Shown one piece after another: positions 27,500 through 36,559 of a stretch of DNA of 57,668 nt. The stretch spans positions 1-57,668 of the forward strand of contig CAYMOU010000001.1 in the NCBI GenBank assembly GCA_964392115.1, written 5' to 3'. Source of the stretch: an uncultured Defluviitaleaceae bacterium (GTDB lineage Bacteria > Bacillota > Clostridia > Lachnospirales > WRBF01). Below the pieces are notes generated by a model that saw nothing but the letters and a program-made list of their open reading frames with translations, searched no databases and had not been told where the DNA came from. The position numbers and the translations under genes were made by a program. Position 1 is the first letter of the stretch. Every line of letters begins with the position of its first letter.

Positions 27500-27961
27500 A
27501 TGTTGCCGGTTATTATAGTTACAGCCTCTGTAATTCTCTGTGACCAATTACTTAAATTGATTACGGAAAAAATTATCCCTGAGGGTAAATCGGTTCATCT
27601 TTATAAAAGACTTTACCTAACCAATGTTAAGAACAAAGGCGTAGCCTTGGGATTTTTGAAAAACAGCCCAAAAGTCATCATGTATTTGGTTGTTGGTTCT
27701 TTATTGCTGTTTACCTTTGCTTATTTATTGCTTATAAAAAGAAAACAAAACTCCGCTCTGTCTACAGTAGCCTATGCTCTGGTTTTGGGTGGTGGTATTT
27801 CTAACATTATTGACCGTTTAAGAAACAAATATGTAACGGATTACCTTAGCATAAAATCATCAAAACCCTTGCCTGTTTTTAATTTGGCTGATATATTTAT
27901 AGCCGTGGGAGCCTTAATTTTCTTTTTTAGGGAACTAAAAACATTTATGTTTAATGCATAA
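27500..27961 (+). CDS. lspA: lipoprotein signal peptidase II
   Basis: 153 aa, 4 TM. NKGVALGF and FNLADIFI motifs. Confidence 0.85.
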   Translation: MLPVIIVTASVILCDQLLKLITEKIIPEGKSVHLYKRLYLTNVKNKGVALGFLKNSPKVIMYLVVGSLLLFTFAYLLLIKRKQNSALSTVAYALVLGGGISNIIDRLRNKYVTDYLSIKSSKPLPVFNLADIFIAVGALIFFFRELKTFMFNA

Positions 27962-28147
27962 AAAATTAACATAAACCGGAGATAGCTTTTGTTTACGATT
28001 TAGCCGGTCCCTAATCATCCTTTAAGTCATTATTTCGCCCGGATATCCGGCATATGTTGCCCGTTCTTGAAAATATGCACTATAAAATAAACAAAAAGTG
28101 CTAAAATACATGGTAAAATCTTTGTAAAAATTTTAGTTTGTCTCCTC

Positions 28148-28176
28148 TTGTTTTTTTTTAAGAAGTGTAATATAAT
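28148..28176 (+). promoter_or_regulatory. sigma-A-like promoter of the candidate ncRNA
   Basis: TTGTTT, 17-nt spacer, TATAAT. Confidence 0.4.
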
Positions 28177-28182
28177 AATCTC

Positions 28183-28417
28183 ATCGCAAAAATAAAAGTT
28201 CCTGAAATGTTCGATAACCTATCATTTTGAACCTACATCTCTTCAACGGGTTTCCTTTACTCGTGGTGTACGTCAGACCGCAAGATAATTCCCTTTGGGC
28301 AGCGGAAGGCGGAAACCATGACGCGGATACCCACCTAGCAATAGCTAGGTGTCAAAATATAGGACCGGCATTTCGGGGTTATCATAAACGAAAGTCCGTA
28401 GGGCTTGCGTTTTTTTA
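28183..28417 (+). ncRNA. candidate structured ncRNA or orphan leader, family unassigned
   Basis: Closing stem GATAACC (28213-19)/GGTTATC (28377-83). Internal helices CACCTAGC-AATA-GCTAGGTG, GGTGTACGTCA...TGACGCGGATACCCACC, CCTAT.ATTTTGA/TCAAAATATAGG. Terminator ACGAAAG...CTTGCGT+T7 (28388-28417). The only ORF here has no SD. Confidence 0.35.
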
Positions 28418-28450
28418 TTGTCCGGAAAAATTATTTTGCTCTAAAAAATT

Positions 28451-28479
28451 TTAGACTTTTTGCCGGTGTATGTTATAAT
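28451..28479 (+). promoter_or_regulatory. sigma-A-like promoter for the radical-SAM gene
   Basis: TTAGAC, 17-nt spacer, TATAAT preceded by TGT. Confidence 0.4.
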
Positions 28480-28583
28480 AGGTTTTCATGAACTTGTAAA
28501 AAGACTAAAATTCCAAATTTAGGAAAACATATAGACAGAAAAGCATGATCTTTCCCACATACATATAAACCAAGGAGAATACA

Positions 28584-31100
28584 ATGATACCCCATAATTT
28601 ACTGCTTTCAGTTGAAAAACCCGCCAGATACATCGGAAACGAAATTAATATGGTTCGCAAAAATCCGGAAGAAACAGATATACGTTTTGCCTTTTGTTTC
28701 CCTGATGTTTATGAAATAGGTATGAGCCATTTGGGTTTGCAAATCTTATATTACTTTTTAAACAGACGTAAAGATACCTATTGCGAGCGTTGTTTTGCTC
28801 CCTGGTTGGATATGGAAAAGGTTTTAAGAGAAAACAATATGCCCCTTTCCTCCTTGGAAACGGGAACTTCCTTAACTGCCTTTGACATTGTGGGTTTTAC
28901 TTTGCAATATGAATTAAGCTACACGAATATAATAAATATGTTGGAACTGGCCGGTATCCCCATATTGTCTGCGGACAGAACCGACGAACATCCCATCATC
29001 TGTGCCGGTGGGCCTTGTGCTTATAATCCGGAACCTTTGGCTGACATTATCGACTTCTTCTATATAGGTGAAGGCGAAGTTTCTTATGACGAAATTTTGG
29101 ACATATATAAAGAAAACAAGAAAAACGGCGGCACTAGGGATATGTTCCTTCGTAAAATTCTGAGCGTTAAAGGCGTATATGTACCCAAATTTTACGAAGT
29201 AACCTATGAAAACGACAAAATCAGTTCCTTCGAACCGACAATCAGCGAAGCGCCCAAAACCATTAAAAAGGTTATGGTAGAAGACATAGCCCAAGTATTT
29301 TACCCCGAAGAACTTCTTGTGCCTTTGACCGAAACCGTACACGACAGGGTAAGTTTAGAGGTTTTCCGAGGTTGTGTAAGAGGTTGCCGCTTCTGCCAAG
29401 CCGGCTACATTTACAGACCTTACAGAGAAAAACCGGCAGAAAGACTGTTGGAACTGGCCGGAAAATTACTGGAAACCTCCGGGCATGAGGAAATATCTCT
29501 GGTTTCTTTAAGCACCGGAGATTATTCGGAATTTAAAGAACTGACCGAAAATATTTTGGATACCTTTAAAGACCAAAGAGTAAATATTTCCTTACCTTCT
29601 TTACGTATAGACGCTTTTTCCCTGGAACTTATGGGACGAGTACAAGAAGTACGCAAAAGCAGTCTTACCTTTGCCCCGGAGGCAGGTACTCAACGTTTAA
29701 GAGACGTAATCAACAAAGGTATTACCGAGCAAGAAATTCTCAGTGGTTGCAAACTTGCCTTTGAAGGCGGCTGGAACAGGGTTAAATTATATTTCCTAAT
29801 GGGTTTGCCTACAGAAACCGACGAGGATTTATTGGGTATAGTAAAGCTTTCCGAAGACATAGTTAAACAATACTACACCACAAAATCAAAACGGCCGTTA
29901 AGTGTGGTTGTAAGTGTGTCCTGTTTGGTGCCAAAGCCCTTTACGCCTTTCCAATGGGAAGCGCAAAATACGGTGGAGGAATACTCCGCAAAACAAAGTT
30001 TGATTAAAAGGAACTTTACAAAGAAACAAATTAAATTTATATACAGCCACCCCAACATGAGTATTTTGGAATGTGTAATTTCCCGTGGCGACCGCAGAGT
30101 AACACGTGCCTTGATTAAGGCTTGGGAAAAGGGCGCTCGTTTTGACGGTTGGACTGAACATTTCTCCTTTGAACTTTGGCAAGAAGCCTTTAAGGAATGC
30201 GGCTTGGAATTTGATGTCTACACTTCCGGTAAGGCCCTTGACGAGATCCTACCTTGGGACCATATAGACATAGGCGTAGGCAAGGAATTCCTTAAAGCGG
30301 AGTTACAGAGAGCAAAGAACGTGGAAATAACCGGAAACTGCCGAGAAAAATGCTCTGCTTGCGGCTTGGAAGAACTAAAATTATGCCGTAAAGACAAGCA
30401 ACCAAAAACCGGCACCATGCCCGTAATAATTCCCAAAGAGCAAAAGGAAAAGAGCCTGCAACTTATTAAGCTTAAATTCAACAAGCTTGGCAAAATGCGC
30501 TATATCGGTCATTTGGACTTGCAGACTTTATTCCAGCGTGCAATTAAACGTGCAGGTCTACCCATAGAATATTCCCAAGGTTTTAACCCTCATCAGATTA
30601 TTTCCTTTGCCCTGCCTTTAGCTGTAGGAATGGGCTCGGAATGTGAGTATGTTAATATTCAGCTGAATGAAGAAACCGACTTGAAGCATATTGTTGAAAG
30701 CTTGAATTCCGTCTTACCGGAAGGACTAACTATAACAGAAGCAAACTTGTTGCCGAGCAACAAAAAAGCACCGTCGGTAACAGCGGCTACCTACAAAATT
30801 CAGTTACCCTCCGTTTCAGCGGAAGAATTAAAATCCGTTACAGCTGAAATTCTAAGCCAAGAAGAAATTCTTGTTGAAAGAAAAACAAAAACCAAAACTT
30901 CAACCGTTAATATTAGGGAGCATATTAAAAACCTCTCCGTAACAGGTACAGACGAAACCCCGGAACTTCAAGCCACCCTATCCGCAGGTTCTCAAAACAA
31001 CCTAAAACCCCAATTATTGGTTGAAGAAATATACAGACGCCTAAACAAAGAATGTAATCATAACCATATAGACTACCTAAGAACAGAATTGTTTTTTTAA
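28584..31100 (+). CDS. fused radical-SAM protein (TIGR03960-type N-terminal enzyme plus DUF2344/TIGR03936-type C-terminal domain)
   Basis: 838 aa. VEKPARYIGNEIN N-terminus. Radical-SAM CVRGCRFCQAG. C-terminal MRYIGHLDL...GFNPHQ module. Confidence 0.85.
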   Translation: MIPHNLLLSVEKPARYIGNEINMVRKNPEETDIRFAFCFPDVYEIGMSHLGLQILYYFLNRRKDTYCERCFAPWLDMEKVLRENNMPLSSLETGTSLTAFDIVGFTLQYELSYTNIINMLELAGIPILSADRTDEHPIICAGGPCAYNPEPLADIIDFFYIGEGEVSYDEILDIYKENKKNGGTRDMFLRKILSVKGVYVPKFYEVTYENDKISSFEPTISEAPKTIKKVMVEDIAQVFYPEELLVPLTETVHDRVSLEVFRGCVRGCRFCQAGYIYRPYREKPAERLLELAGKLLETSGHEEISLVSLSTGDYSEFKELTENILDTFKDQRVNISLPSLRIDAFSLELMGRVQEVRKSSLTFAPEAGTQRLRDVINKGITEQEILSGCKLAFEGGWNRVKLYFLMGLPTETDEDLLGIVKLSEDIVKQYYTTKSKRPLSVVVSVSCLVPKPFTPFQWEAQNTVEEYSAKQSLIKRNFTKKQIKFIYSHPNMSILECVISRGDRRVTRALIKAWEKGARFDGWTEHFSFELWQEAFKECGLEFDVYTSGKALDEILPWDHIDIGVGKEFLKAELQRAKNVEITGNCREKCSACGLEELKLCRKDKQPKTGTMPVIIPKEQKEKSLQLIKLKFNKLGKMRYIGHLDLQTLFQRAIKRAGLPIEYSQGFNPHQIISFALPLAVGMGSECEYVNIQLNEETDLKHIVESLNSVLPEGLTITEANLLPSNKKAPSVTAATYKIQLPSVSAEELKSVTAEILSQEEILVERKTKTKTSTVNIREHIKNLSVTGTDETPELQATLSAGSQNNLKPQLLVEEIYRRLNKECNHNHIDYLRTELFF

Positions 31101-31161
31101 TAAATATATAAACTATTTTGATTTTCTTTAATATTCGGCTTTTTTGGAAAGATGCAGTTTA

Positions 31162-31204
31162 TGACTGATTCCATATTTTATATACTTTTATATGGAATTA
31201 GTAT
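31162..31204 (+). repeat. short version of the 101-bp repeat (terminal arms only), copy C4
   Basis: ACTGATTCCATAT...ATATGGAATTAGTAT hairpin with the same arms as C1-C3. Abuts hairpin copy c. Confidence 0.6.
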
Positions 31205-31256
31205 GAGGGAGAAAACCTTTTTTGAAGTGTAAAAAAAGGTTTTCTCCCTCAAGGTT
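31204..31256 (+). repeat. GAGGGA-type palindromic hairpin (family copy c); likely terminator of the radical-SAM gene
   Basis: TGAGGGAGAAAACCTTTTTT-loop-AAAAAAGGTTTTCTCCCTCA. Confidence 0.7.
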
Positions 31257-31324
31257 TTAATTTTTTTACACCCGACACCAAGTGATTTCCCGGATTAACC
31301 ATTATACAAGCAAAGGAGTACCCC

Positions 31325-32044
31325 ATGCTTAGAAGATTGTGTTTAAAAGGAACCATGAATACCAGAGAACTTGGCGGTTTTCCCGTGGGAAAATTCAATC
31401 ATACAGGGTATAAGGCTTTTTTGCGCTCTGATGATTTGTCAAAAATTACCCGTGAGGACATTGAATACCTTAAAGAATACGGCCTGACTACCGTTATTGA
31501 TCTAAGAAATACCGACGAAATAGAGCTTTCGGAAAGCTTGTTTTGCAATATGGAAGGTATAAATTATTTCAATGTGACCCTTACGGAAAATTACGATTTT
31601 GTAAGCGAGCAAAGTTTTTTCAGCTTGGATATGCCTCAAATGTACTTGGAAGTCGCTAAAAATCACAAAGGGCTAGCACGCCTTTTCAACACTATGGCCG
31701 AAAACAGTCAGGGTATTACCTTGTTTCACTGTGTTGCAGGCAAGGACAGAACAGGAGTGGTCACCTGTATCTTATTAATGCTTGCCGGCGTATCTTTGTT
31801 GGACATAATGGCGGACCACCAAGTTTCCAATACATATCTGATACCGGCTATGGATTCCATCAGAGCCCGTTATCCCGATATGCCCATGCACGTCAATCTT
31901 TCCGACCCTTTGTGGATAAAGGGTGTTTACGACTATATCGTCGATAATTTCGGCACAGCCCGCAGTTATCTGGAGCATATGAATGTTCCCGGAAAAAACA
32001 TAGATATTTTGTATAAAAAAATCACCGGAGCGGAAAACTTTTAA
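31325..32044 (+). CDS. protein-tyrosine phosphatase (Y_phosphatase3-type, CX5R)
   Basis: Active site HCVAGKDRTG. AAGGAG SD 6 nt upstream. Confidence 0.8.
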   Translation: MLRRLCLKGTMNTRELGGFPVGKFNHTGYKAFLRSDDLSKITREDIEYLKEYGLTTVIDLRNTDEIELSESLFCNMEGINYFNVTLTENYDFVSEQSFFSLDMPQMYLEVAKNHKGLARLFNTMAENSQGITLFHCVAGKDRTGVVTCILLMLAGVSLLDIMADHQVSNTYLIPAMDSIRARYPDMPMHVNLSDPLWIKGVYDYIVDNFGTARSYLEHMNVPGKNIDILYKKITGAENF

Positions 32045-32078
32045 AGGATTTTCCGTTTTAACGGCGAATTTTATATGT

Positions 32079-32280
32079 ATACTCAAATATTACTTGGTAT
32101 TTGGGTATAAAAAGAATTATGTTGCAATAAGTGGGCAATATGGTATAATATTACTCCGGTATAAAAATCCATACATTCACAAATGAGACACAAATGCCGG
32201 AATATACGCTTTCGTTCTTGCGTGGGACGAAATGCAATCCACCGAATACCCAAATTAAGCGGTAACAAATATTTGAGTAT
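32079..32280. repeat. ~30-bp bipartite inverted repeats flanking the hpf promoter
   Basis: Left ATACTCAAATATT-(7)-ATTTGGGTAT (32079-32108). Right ATACCCAAAT-(12)-AATATTTGAGTAT (32246-32280). Arms are 13 and 10 bp, both perfect. Confidence 0.7.
32122..32149 (+). promoter_or_regulatory. sigma-A-like promoter upstream of hpf
   Basis: TTGCAA, 16-nt spacer, TGGTATAAT (extended -10). Confidence 0.55.
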
Positions 32281-32310
32281 AGGTGAAAAAAACCGGAAAG
32301 GGGTTTTAGC

Positions 32311-32850
32311 ATGAAATTTACATTCACAGGAAGGAATATTTCTCTGACCGAATCCCTAAAAGATAAGGCTTCCGCCAAATTGGGCAGACTTGCAAAATTA
32401 TTGCCGGAAAACGCAGAAATTACAGTGGCTTTCAGCGTTGTTAAGCAGGACCAAACCGTAGAGGTCACCATTCCTCTTAACAAACGTATTTTGCGTGCTG
32501 AAGTAACCACTGAAGATATGTATGCATCCATAGACGAAATAGTGGACAAGTTGGAAAAACAAATGGTTAAGTACAAAAGCCGTTTGCGCAACAAGTCCAA
32601 AAAGGATGTAAAATTCCAAAACGAGTTGTCTCAGTTTTTGGACAATGTGGAGGAAACCGATTCCCAATACCCGGTAATTGAAAAAACCAAACGCTTTGCG
32701 CTTAAACCCATGGACGCCGAAGAAGCGGTTATGGAACTGGAGCTTTTGGGTCATTCTTTCTATGTTTTTCTTAACAGCACTACAGAAGAAGTTAACGTTG
32801 TTTACAAGCGTAAAGACGGCACGTTTGGACATATAGAACCGGAGTTTTAG
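32311..32850 (+). CDS. hpf: ribosome hibernation-promoting factor, long form (HPF/RaiA family)
   Basis: 179 aa. MKFTFTGRNISLTESLKD N-terminal S30AE domain and C-terminal dimerisation domain (KPMDAEEAVMELELLGHSFYVF). Confidence 0.9.
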   Translation: MKFTFTGRNISLTESLKDKASAKLGRLAKLLPENAEITVAFSVVKQDQTVEVTIPLNKRILRAEVTTEDMYASIDEIVDKLEKQMVKYKSRLRNKSKKDVKFQNELSQFLDNVEETDSQYPVIEKTKRFALKPMDAEEAVMELELLGHSFYVFLNSTTEEVNVVYKRKDGTFGHIEPEF

Positions 32851-32851
32851 A

Positions 32852-33439
32852 ATGGAATTGTTGTTTGCCACAAAGAATCAAAATAAATTGCAGGAAATAC
32901 GAGAAGTCCTTGAGGGATTTACCGTGGTTTCCATGCGTGATAAAAATATAGACATAGATGTTACGGAAGACGGCTTAACCTACGAAGAAAATGCCTTAAA
33001 AAAAGCCCGTGCCATTATGGAAATAACCGGCCTGACCACACTTTCGGATGATTCCGGCTTGGAAATAGAATTTCTTGATAACCGCCCCGGGGTTCATTCT
33101 GCAAGGTTTCTGGGTGAGGATACCGCATATGATATAAAAAATAATCATATACTGGAGCTTTTAAAGGACGTTCCAAACAACCAACGAAAAGCACGCTTTG
33201 TTTGCTCCATAGCGGCAGTATTTCCCGATAACAGCTCTCTGGTTGCAACCTGTGCTTTGGAAGGCTATATTGCTCATACAATCAGCGGCGAAAACGGCTT
33301 CGGTTATGACCCCATTTTCTTTGTACCCGAATTTGGCATGACCACAGCAGAAATGCCGAGAGATTTGAAGAACCGTATCAGCCACAGAGGTAAGGCACTG
33401 CGTAAAATGAAAGAGATGTTAAGCGGTTACAGCATTTAG
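32852..33439 (+). CDS. rdgB: XTP/dITP diphosphatase (RdgB/HAM1 family)
   Basis: FATKNQNKLQEI, SDDSGLEI, FGYDPIF and SHRGKAL motifs. Confidence 0.9.
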   Translation: MELLFATKNQNKLQEIREVLEGFTVVSMRDKNIDIDVTEDGLTYEENALKKARAIMEITGLTTLSDDSGLEIEFLDNRPGVHSARFLGEDTAYDIKNNHILELLKDVPNNQRKARFVCSIAAVFPDNSSLVATCALEGYIAHTISGENGFGYDPIFFVPEFGMTTAEMPRDLKNRISHRGKALRKMKEMLSGYSI

Positions 33440-33489
33440 GTGCTAAAAGTTCGAAATTTTTAGTTAGTTAAGAAAATATTTGAAACAAG

Positions 33490-33530
33490 TTTGAGGGAGA
33501 CTTTTTGCCAAAAAAGTTTCCCTCTTGAAA
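33490..33530 (+). repeat. GAGGGA-type palindromic hairpin (family copy d); likely terminator after rdgB
   Basis: TTTGAGGGAGACTTTTT-loop-AAAAAGTTTCCCTCTTGAAA. Confidence 0.65.
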
Positions 33531-33559
33531 TTGTTCTTCCTATACTTGGGAGGTATTAA

Positions 33560-34042
33560 TTGAAACTTCTTGTACTTAGCGATTCACACGGAAAAACCGG
33601 ATTGATTTACAGGCTTCTGGAATCCTTGCATACTGAACTGGATTATGTGATACATCTGGGAGATTGTTTTACGGATATTGACTGCTACACCACGGTATTT
33701 ACAGATATAAACTTTGTTATGGTTACCGGCAATTGCGACTATTGTTGCAAGGAAATTCCTTACCGAATAATTACCGTGGAAGGTGTAAAAATATTCATAA
33801 CTCACGGCCACCATTACAGAGTAAAATCCGGCTTATACACACTTCTTAACGCCGCCAAGGAAAACAACGCCGATTTGTGCCTTTTTGGCCATACACACCG
33901 TCCCGAAACAGACACCATATCCGACGTTCTGTTTATAAACCCCGGCAGTTTGTCCCTTCCCAGAGACGGTTCCAAGGCGGGTTACGCTTTAATCCATATT
34001 GAATCCGGAAAAATAATACCAAAATTTATAACTTTAGATTGA
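33560..34042 (+). CDS. YfcE/MJ0936-family metallophosphoesterase
   Basis: LSDSHG, GDC, GNCD, THGH and GHTH metal-binding motifs. TTG start behind GGGAGG. Confidence 0.85.
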   Translation: MKLLVLSDSHGKTGLIYRLLESLHTELDYVIHLGDCFTDIDCYTTVFTDINFVMVTGNCDYCCKEIPYRIITVEGVKIFITHGHHYRVKSGLYTLLNAAKENNADLCLFGHTHRPETDTISDVLFINPGSLSLPRDGSKAGYALIHIESGKIIPKFITLD

Positions 34043-34183
34043 CTTTTGGACGTTTGTCCGGCTTAATATAAAAAGGTAATACAGCAATCCCGCTGCACAA
34101 AACATGCAAAGGCTCGTGCCGGAGCATGATAGGGAACAACAGAAAGGAGAAGTTACCTTATTTTTCAGGTAACCGGATGTATA

Positions 34184-34687
34184 ATGAATACACAAAACGT
34201 TGTAATGCTTGACAACACAGTAATCCTTGATGCAAACGGCTTTATTTCTTTGAATGCCGCACCAAGCCCCATTGCCGAAACCGGCAACGACCCTACCGTT
34301 ATTAACGGAAACCAAAATGCACAGGCTAACCAAACCGCAACACAACAACCTGTTGCAGAGCAACAACCACAGGAACAAGGATTTAACTTCTGGAACATTA
34401 TTATAATGTATGCCGTTGTTATTGCTGCTGCTTATTTCTTCTGGATTCGTCCACAGAAAAAACGTGAGAAAAGCATTAAAGAAATGCAGGCGGCTATCAA
34501 AGCCGGTGATAATGTAATCACATCCAGCGGTTTCTACGGCAAAATTGTTTCCGTAGGCGAAGACTGCTTTGTAGTGGAATTCGGAACCAACAAAGGTGTA
34601 CGTGTTCCCGTAAACAAAACAGATATTTTGGCGGTTCGTGAACCTAAATTGGGTTCTTCAAAAGAAACCGAAACTTCCGCTCAATAA
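34184..34687 (+). CDS. yajC: preprotein translocase subunit YajC with ~65-aa Gln/Asn/Pro-rich N-terminal extension
   Basis: YajC core IIMYAVVIAAAYFFWIRPQKKREKSIKEMQAAIKAGDNVITSSGFYGKIV. No strong SD, so the start is uncertain. Confidence 0.75.
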   Translation: MNTQNVVMLDNTVILDANGFISLNAAPSPIAETGNDPTVINGNQNAQANQTATQQPVAEQQPQEQGFNFWNIIIMYAVVIAAAYFFWIRPQKKREKSIKEMQAAIKAGDNVITSSGFYGKIVSVGEDCFVVEFGTNKGVRVPVNKTDILAVREPKLGSSKETETSAQ

Positions 34688-34694
34688 TTACCGA

Positions 34695-34727
34695 AACAAC
34701 TTTGATTATTTCAAGGTTGTTTTTTTA
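34695..34727 (+). terminator. Rho-independent terminator after yajC
   Basis: AACAACTTTGA-loop-TCAAGGTTGTT followed by T6. Confidence 0.75.
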
Positions 34728-34911
34728 TTACGACACTAAGCTTGAAACTTTGTTACGGTATATTTTATGTAAAGCTGTAGGGTCGGTGCTCTGCTCCGAC
34801 CGTTCTGAACGAACTATTAGCTTTATCCAAATGCGTTGCCGATAAACCTTATATGAATCATTGACCTGTGATTAATCGCAAGTTAATAGAAATAGTTAGG
34901 AGTGACTTAAT

Positions 34912-35409
34912 TTGAATAAAAGCAAAACTTTGATACTTACCTCCCTATTTTCAGGCCTGGTATTTATCTTTACAACCTATTTTTTACACATACCCATAGG
35001 GGTTAACGGCGGTTACATACATTTCGGTGATGCGTTTATTTATATTGCGGCAATTATTCTGCCTTTTCCTTATGCCTTATTCGTGGGTGCAATAGGTGCC
35101 GGATTGGCAGATTTCTTTTCCGGCAGTATGTTTTGGTTACCTGCCACCGTAATTATAAAACCCTTAATGGCTTTGTTTTTCACATCGAAATACAGCAATA
35201 TCTTTAAAAGTATCAGGAATATGTCCGCACCCATACTTTCCGGTATTTTTGGCTTGGCGATGTATTATTTATACGAAAGCTTAATTTTCGGCAACTTTGT
35301 CGCCTCATTATATGCTCTTCCCTTGGGATTGGTACAAGTTGTGGGCAGTGCTGTGGTATACTATGCATTTATAGTGTTTTTTAAGGGGAAAATACTGTAT
35401 AAGAATTAA
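34912..35409 (+). CDS. small 5-6 TM membrane protein, ECF-transporter S-component-like (substrate unknown)
   Basis: 165 aa, TTG start behind AGGAG. Hydrophobic, with IPIGVNGGYIHFGDAFIYIAA segment. Assignment rests on size and topology only. Confidence 0.45.
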   Translation: MNKSKTLILTSLFSGLVFIFTTYFLHIPIGVNGGYIHFGDAFIYIAAIILPFPYALFVGAIGAGLADFFSGSMFWLPATVIIKPLMALFFTSKYSNIFKSIRNMSAPILSGIFGLAMYYLYESLIFGNFVASLYALPLGLVQVVGSAVVYYAFIVFFKGKILYKN

Positions 35410-35416
35410 AACTGCC

Positions 35417-35456
35417 GAGGGAAACTTCTCTTAAAATAAGAAAGTTCCCTCTTTTT
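35417..35456 (+). repeat. GAGGGA-type hairpin (family copy e) plus T-run; terminator
   Basis: GAGGGAAACTT...AAAGTTCCCTC followed by T5. Confidence 0.65.
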
Positions 35457-35740
35457 ATTTATATCAAATTATTTGTAAACTTTCGGCAGATTTGCACGTT
35501 TTGGGTGCATAAATTGACCCGGGTTATTTCAAAATACTTATTATGCAAAACTTGTAAACTCATAAAACCTGAGTAATTGCCAAATACAGTATATAAAGTT
35601 GCCGGTATTAGGGTAGTTTTATTTTAAACAGGGGTTTTGTAAAGATAAATTTTCTTGAACGCAACTGACTTTAATCGTATAATTTAAAAATCCAAACCGG
35701 CTGTGACCCGGCTTAGAGTATTTATATAAGGAGAAAAACA

Positions 35741-36559
35741 ATGCCTATAAAAGCAGTGATAACTGACCTTGACGGAACATTGCTGCGTTCCGACGACAGT
35801 ATTTCCGACGTAACTATAGAAGCCTTTAAAAGAATACAAGCACAAGGGATAATGACGATTATAGCCACCGGAAGGCCTCTTTGCGAATCGGGAAATGCAA
35901 TTGAAAAAATAAACGCAAGGCCGTATTTTATAGGAATGAACGGATGCCAGACCATAAATTTGGAAACAAAAGAGGAGCTTTTCAGTAAAAGAATTCCTGC
36001 CGGCTTAATCTGTGAAGCGGCAGATATTTTGGACAAAGCAGGGGTTTTTTACGAGTCATATACAAGCAACAAGGTAATGTGCAATCAAGTATCCATATCA
36101 AAGATGGACGAAACCGGTCTTTCGGACGAATACATTAAACAATTTAAAGGCCACCTTACAGTGGTGGATGATGTTAGGGAATTTAAAAACGAGATAATTA
36201 AATTCTTCATCGCTTGTTCCAATACAGATAAACTTGCAGAATTAAAAAAATTGCTCTCAGCACTGGAAAATGTGACCGTGTTGAGTTCAAAAGATAATTT
36301 CATAGAAATAGTACCCGAAGGTTGTAACAAGGCTGTAGGCTTGAAAATATTGTGCGATAAACTGTATATAGACCCTCAGGACTTACTCTGTATAGGTGAC
36401 AGTGAAAACGACATTGAAATGCTGGAATTTTGCGGAGTGGGCATTGCGGTTGAAAATGCATTTGACGAGGTAAAAAGCGTAAGTAAGTATACGGTCTGCT
36501 CCAATGATGAGGATGGAGTCGCTGTGGCTTTAAATGAAATTCTTCCTAAATATCTATAA
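35741..36559 (+). CDS. Cof-type HAD-IIB phosphatase
   Basis: ITDLDGTLL motif I, ATGR, GDSENDIEML motif III. AAGGAGA SD. Confidence 0.85.
   Translation: MPIKAVITDLDGTLLRSDDSISDVTIEAFKRIQAQGIMTIIATGRPLCESGNAIEKINARPYFIGMNGCQTINLETKEELFSKRIPAGLICEAADILDKAGVFYESYTSNKVMCNQVSISKMDETGLSDEYIKQFKGHLTVVDDVREFKNEIIKFFIACSNTDKLAELKKLLSALENVTVLSSKDNFIEIVPEGCNKAVGLKILCDKLYIDPQDLLCIGDSENDIEMLEFCGVGIAVENAFDEVKSVSKYTVCSNDEDGVAVALNEILPKYL

Noticed and set aside
28183-28417. Assignment of the candidate RNA to SRP RNA, RNase P, tmRNA, or c-di-GMP/ZTP/B12/T-box riboswitches
   Set aside because: The hallmark sequences of these classes are not present (SRP GGUCCGGAAGGAAGCAGC, RNase P GAGGAAAGUCCGGGC, tmRNA tag ORF, the T-box, B12 box, and so on). 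There are only weak partial resemblances such as GGAAGG, AUGACGCGG and GAAAGUCCG.
28227-28454. 75-aa ORF (TTG start) in the lspA / radical-SAM intergenic region
   Set aside because: It has no SD, runs through an intrinsic terminator, and coincides with dense RNA-like helices. It is interpreted as noncoding.
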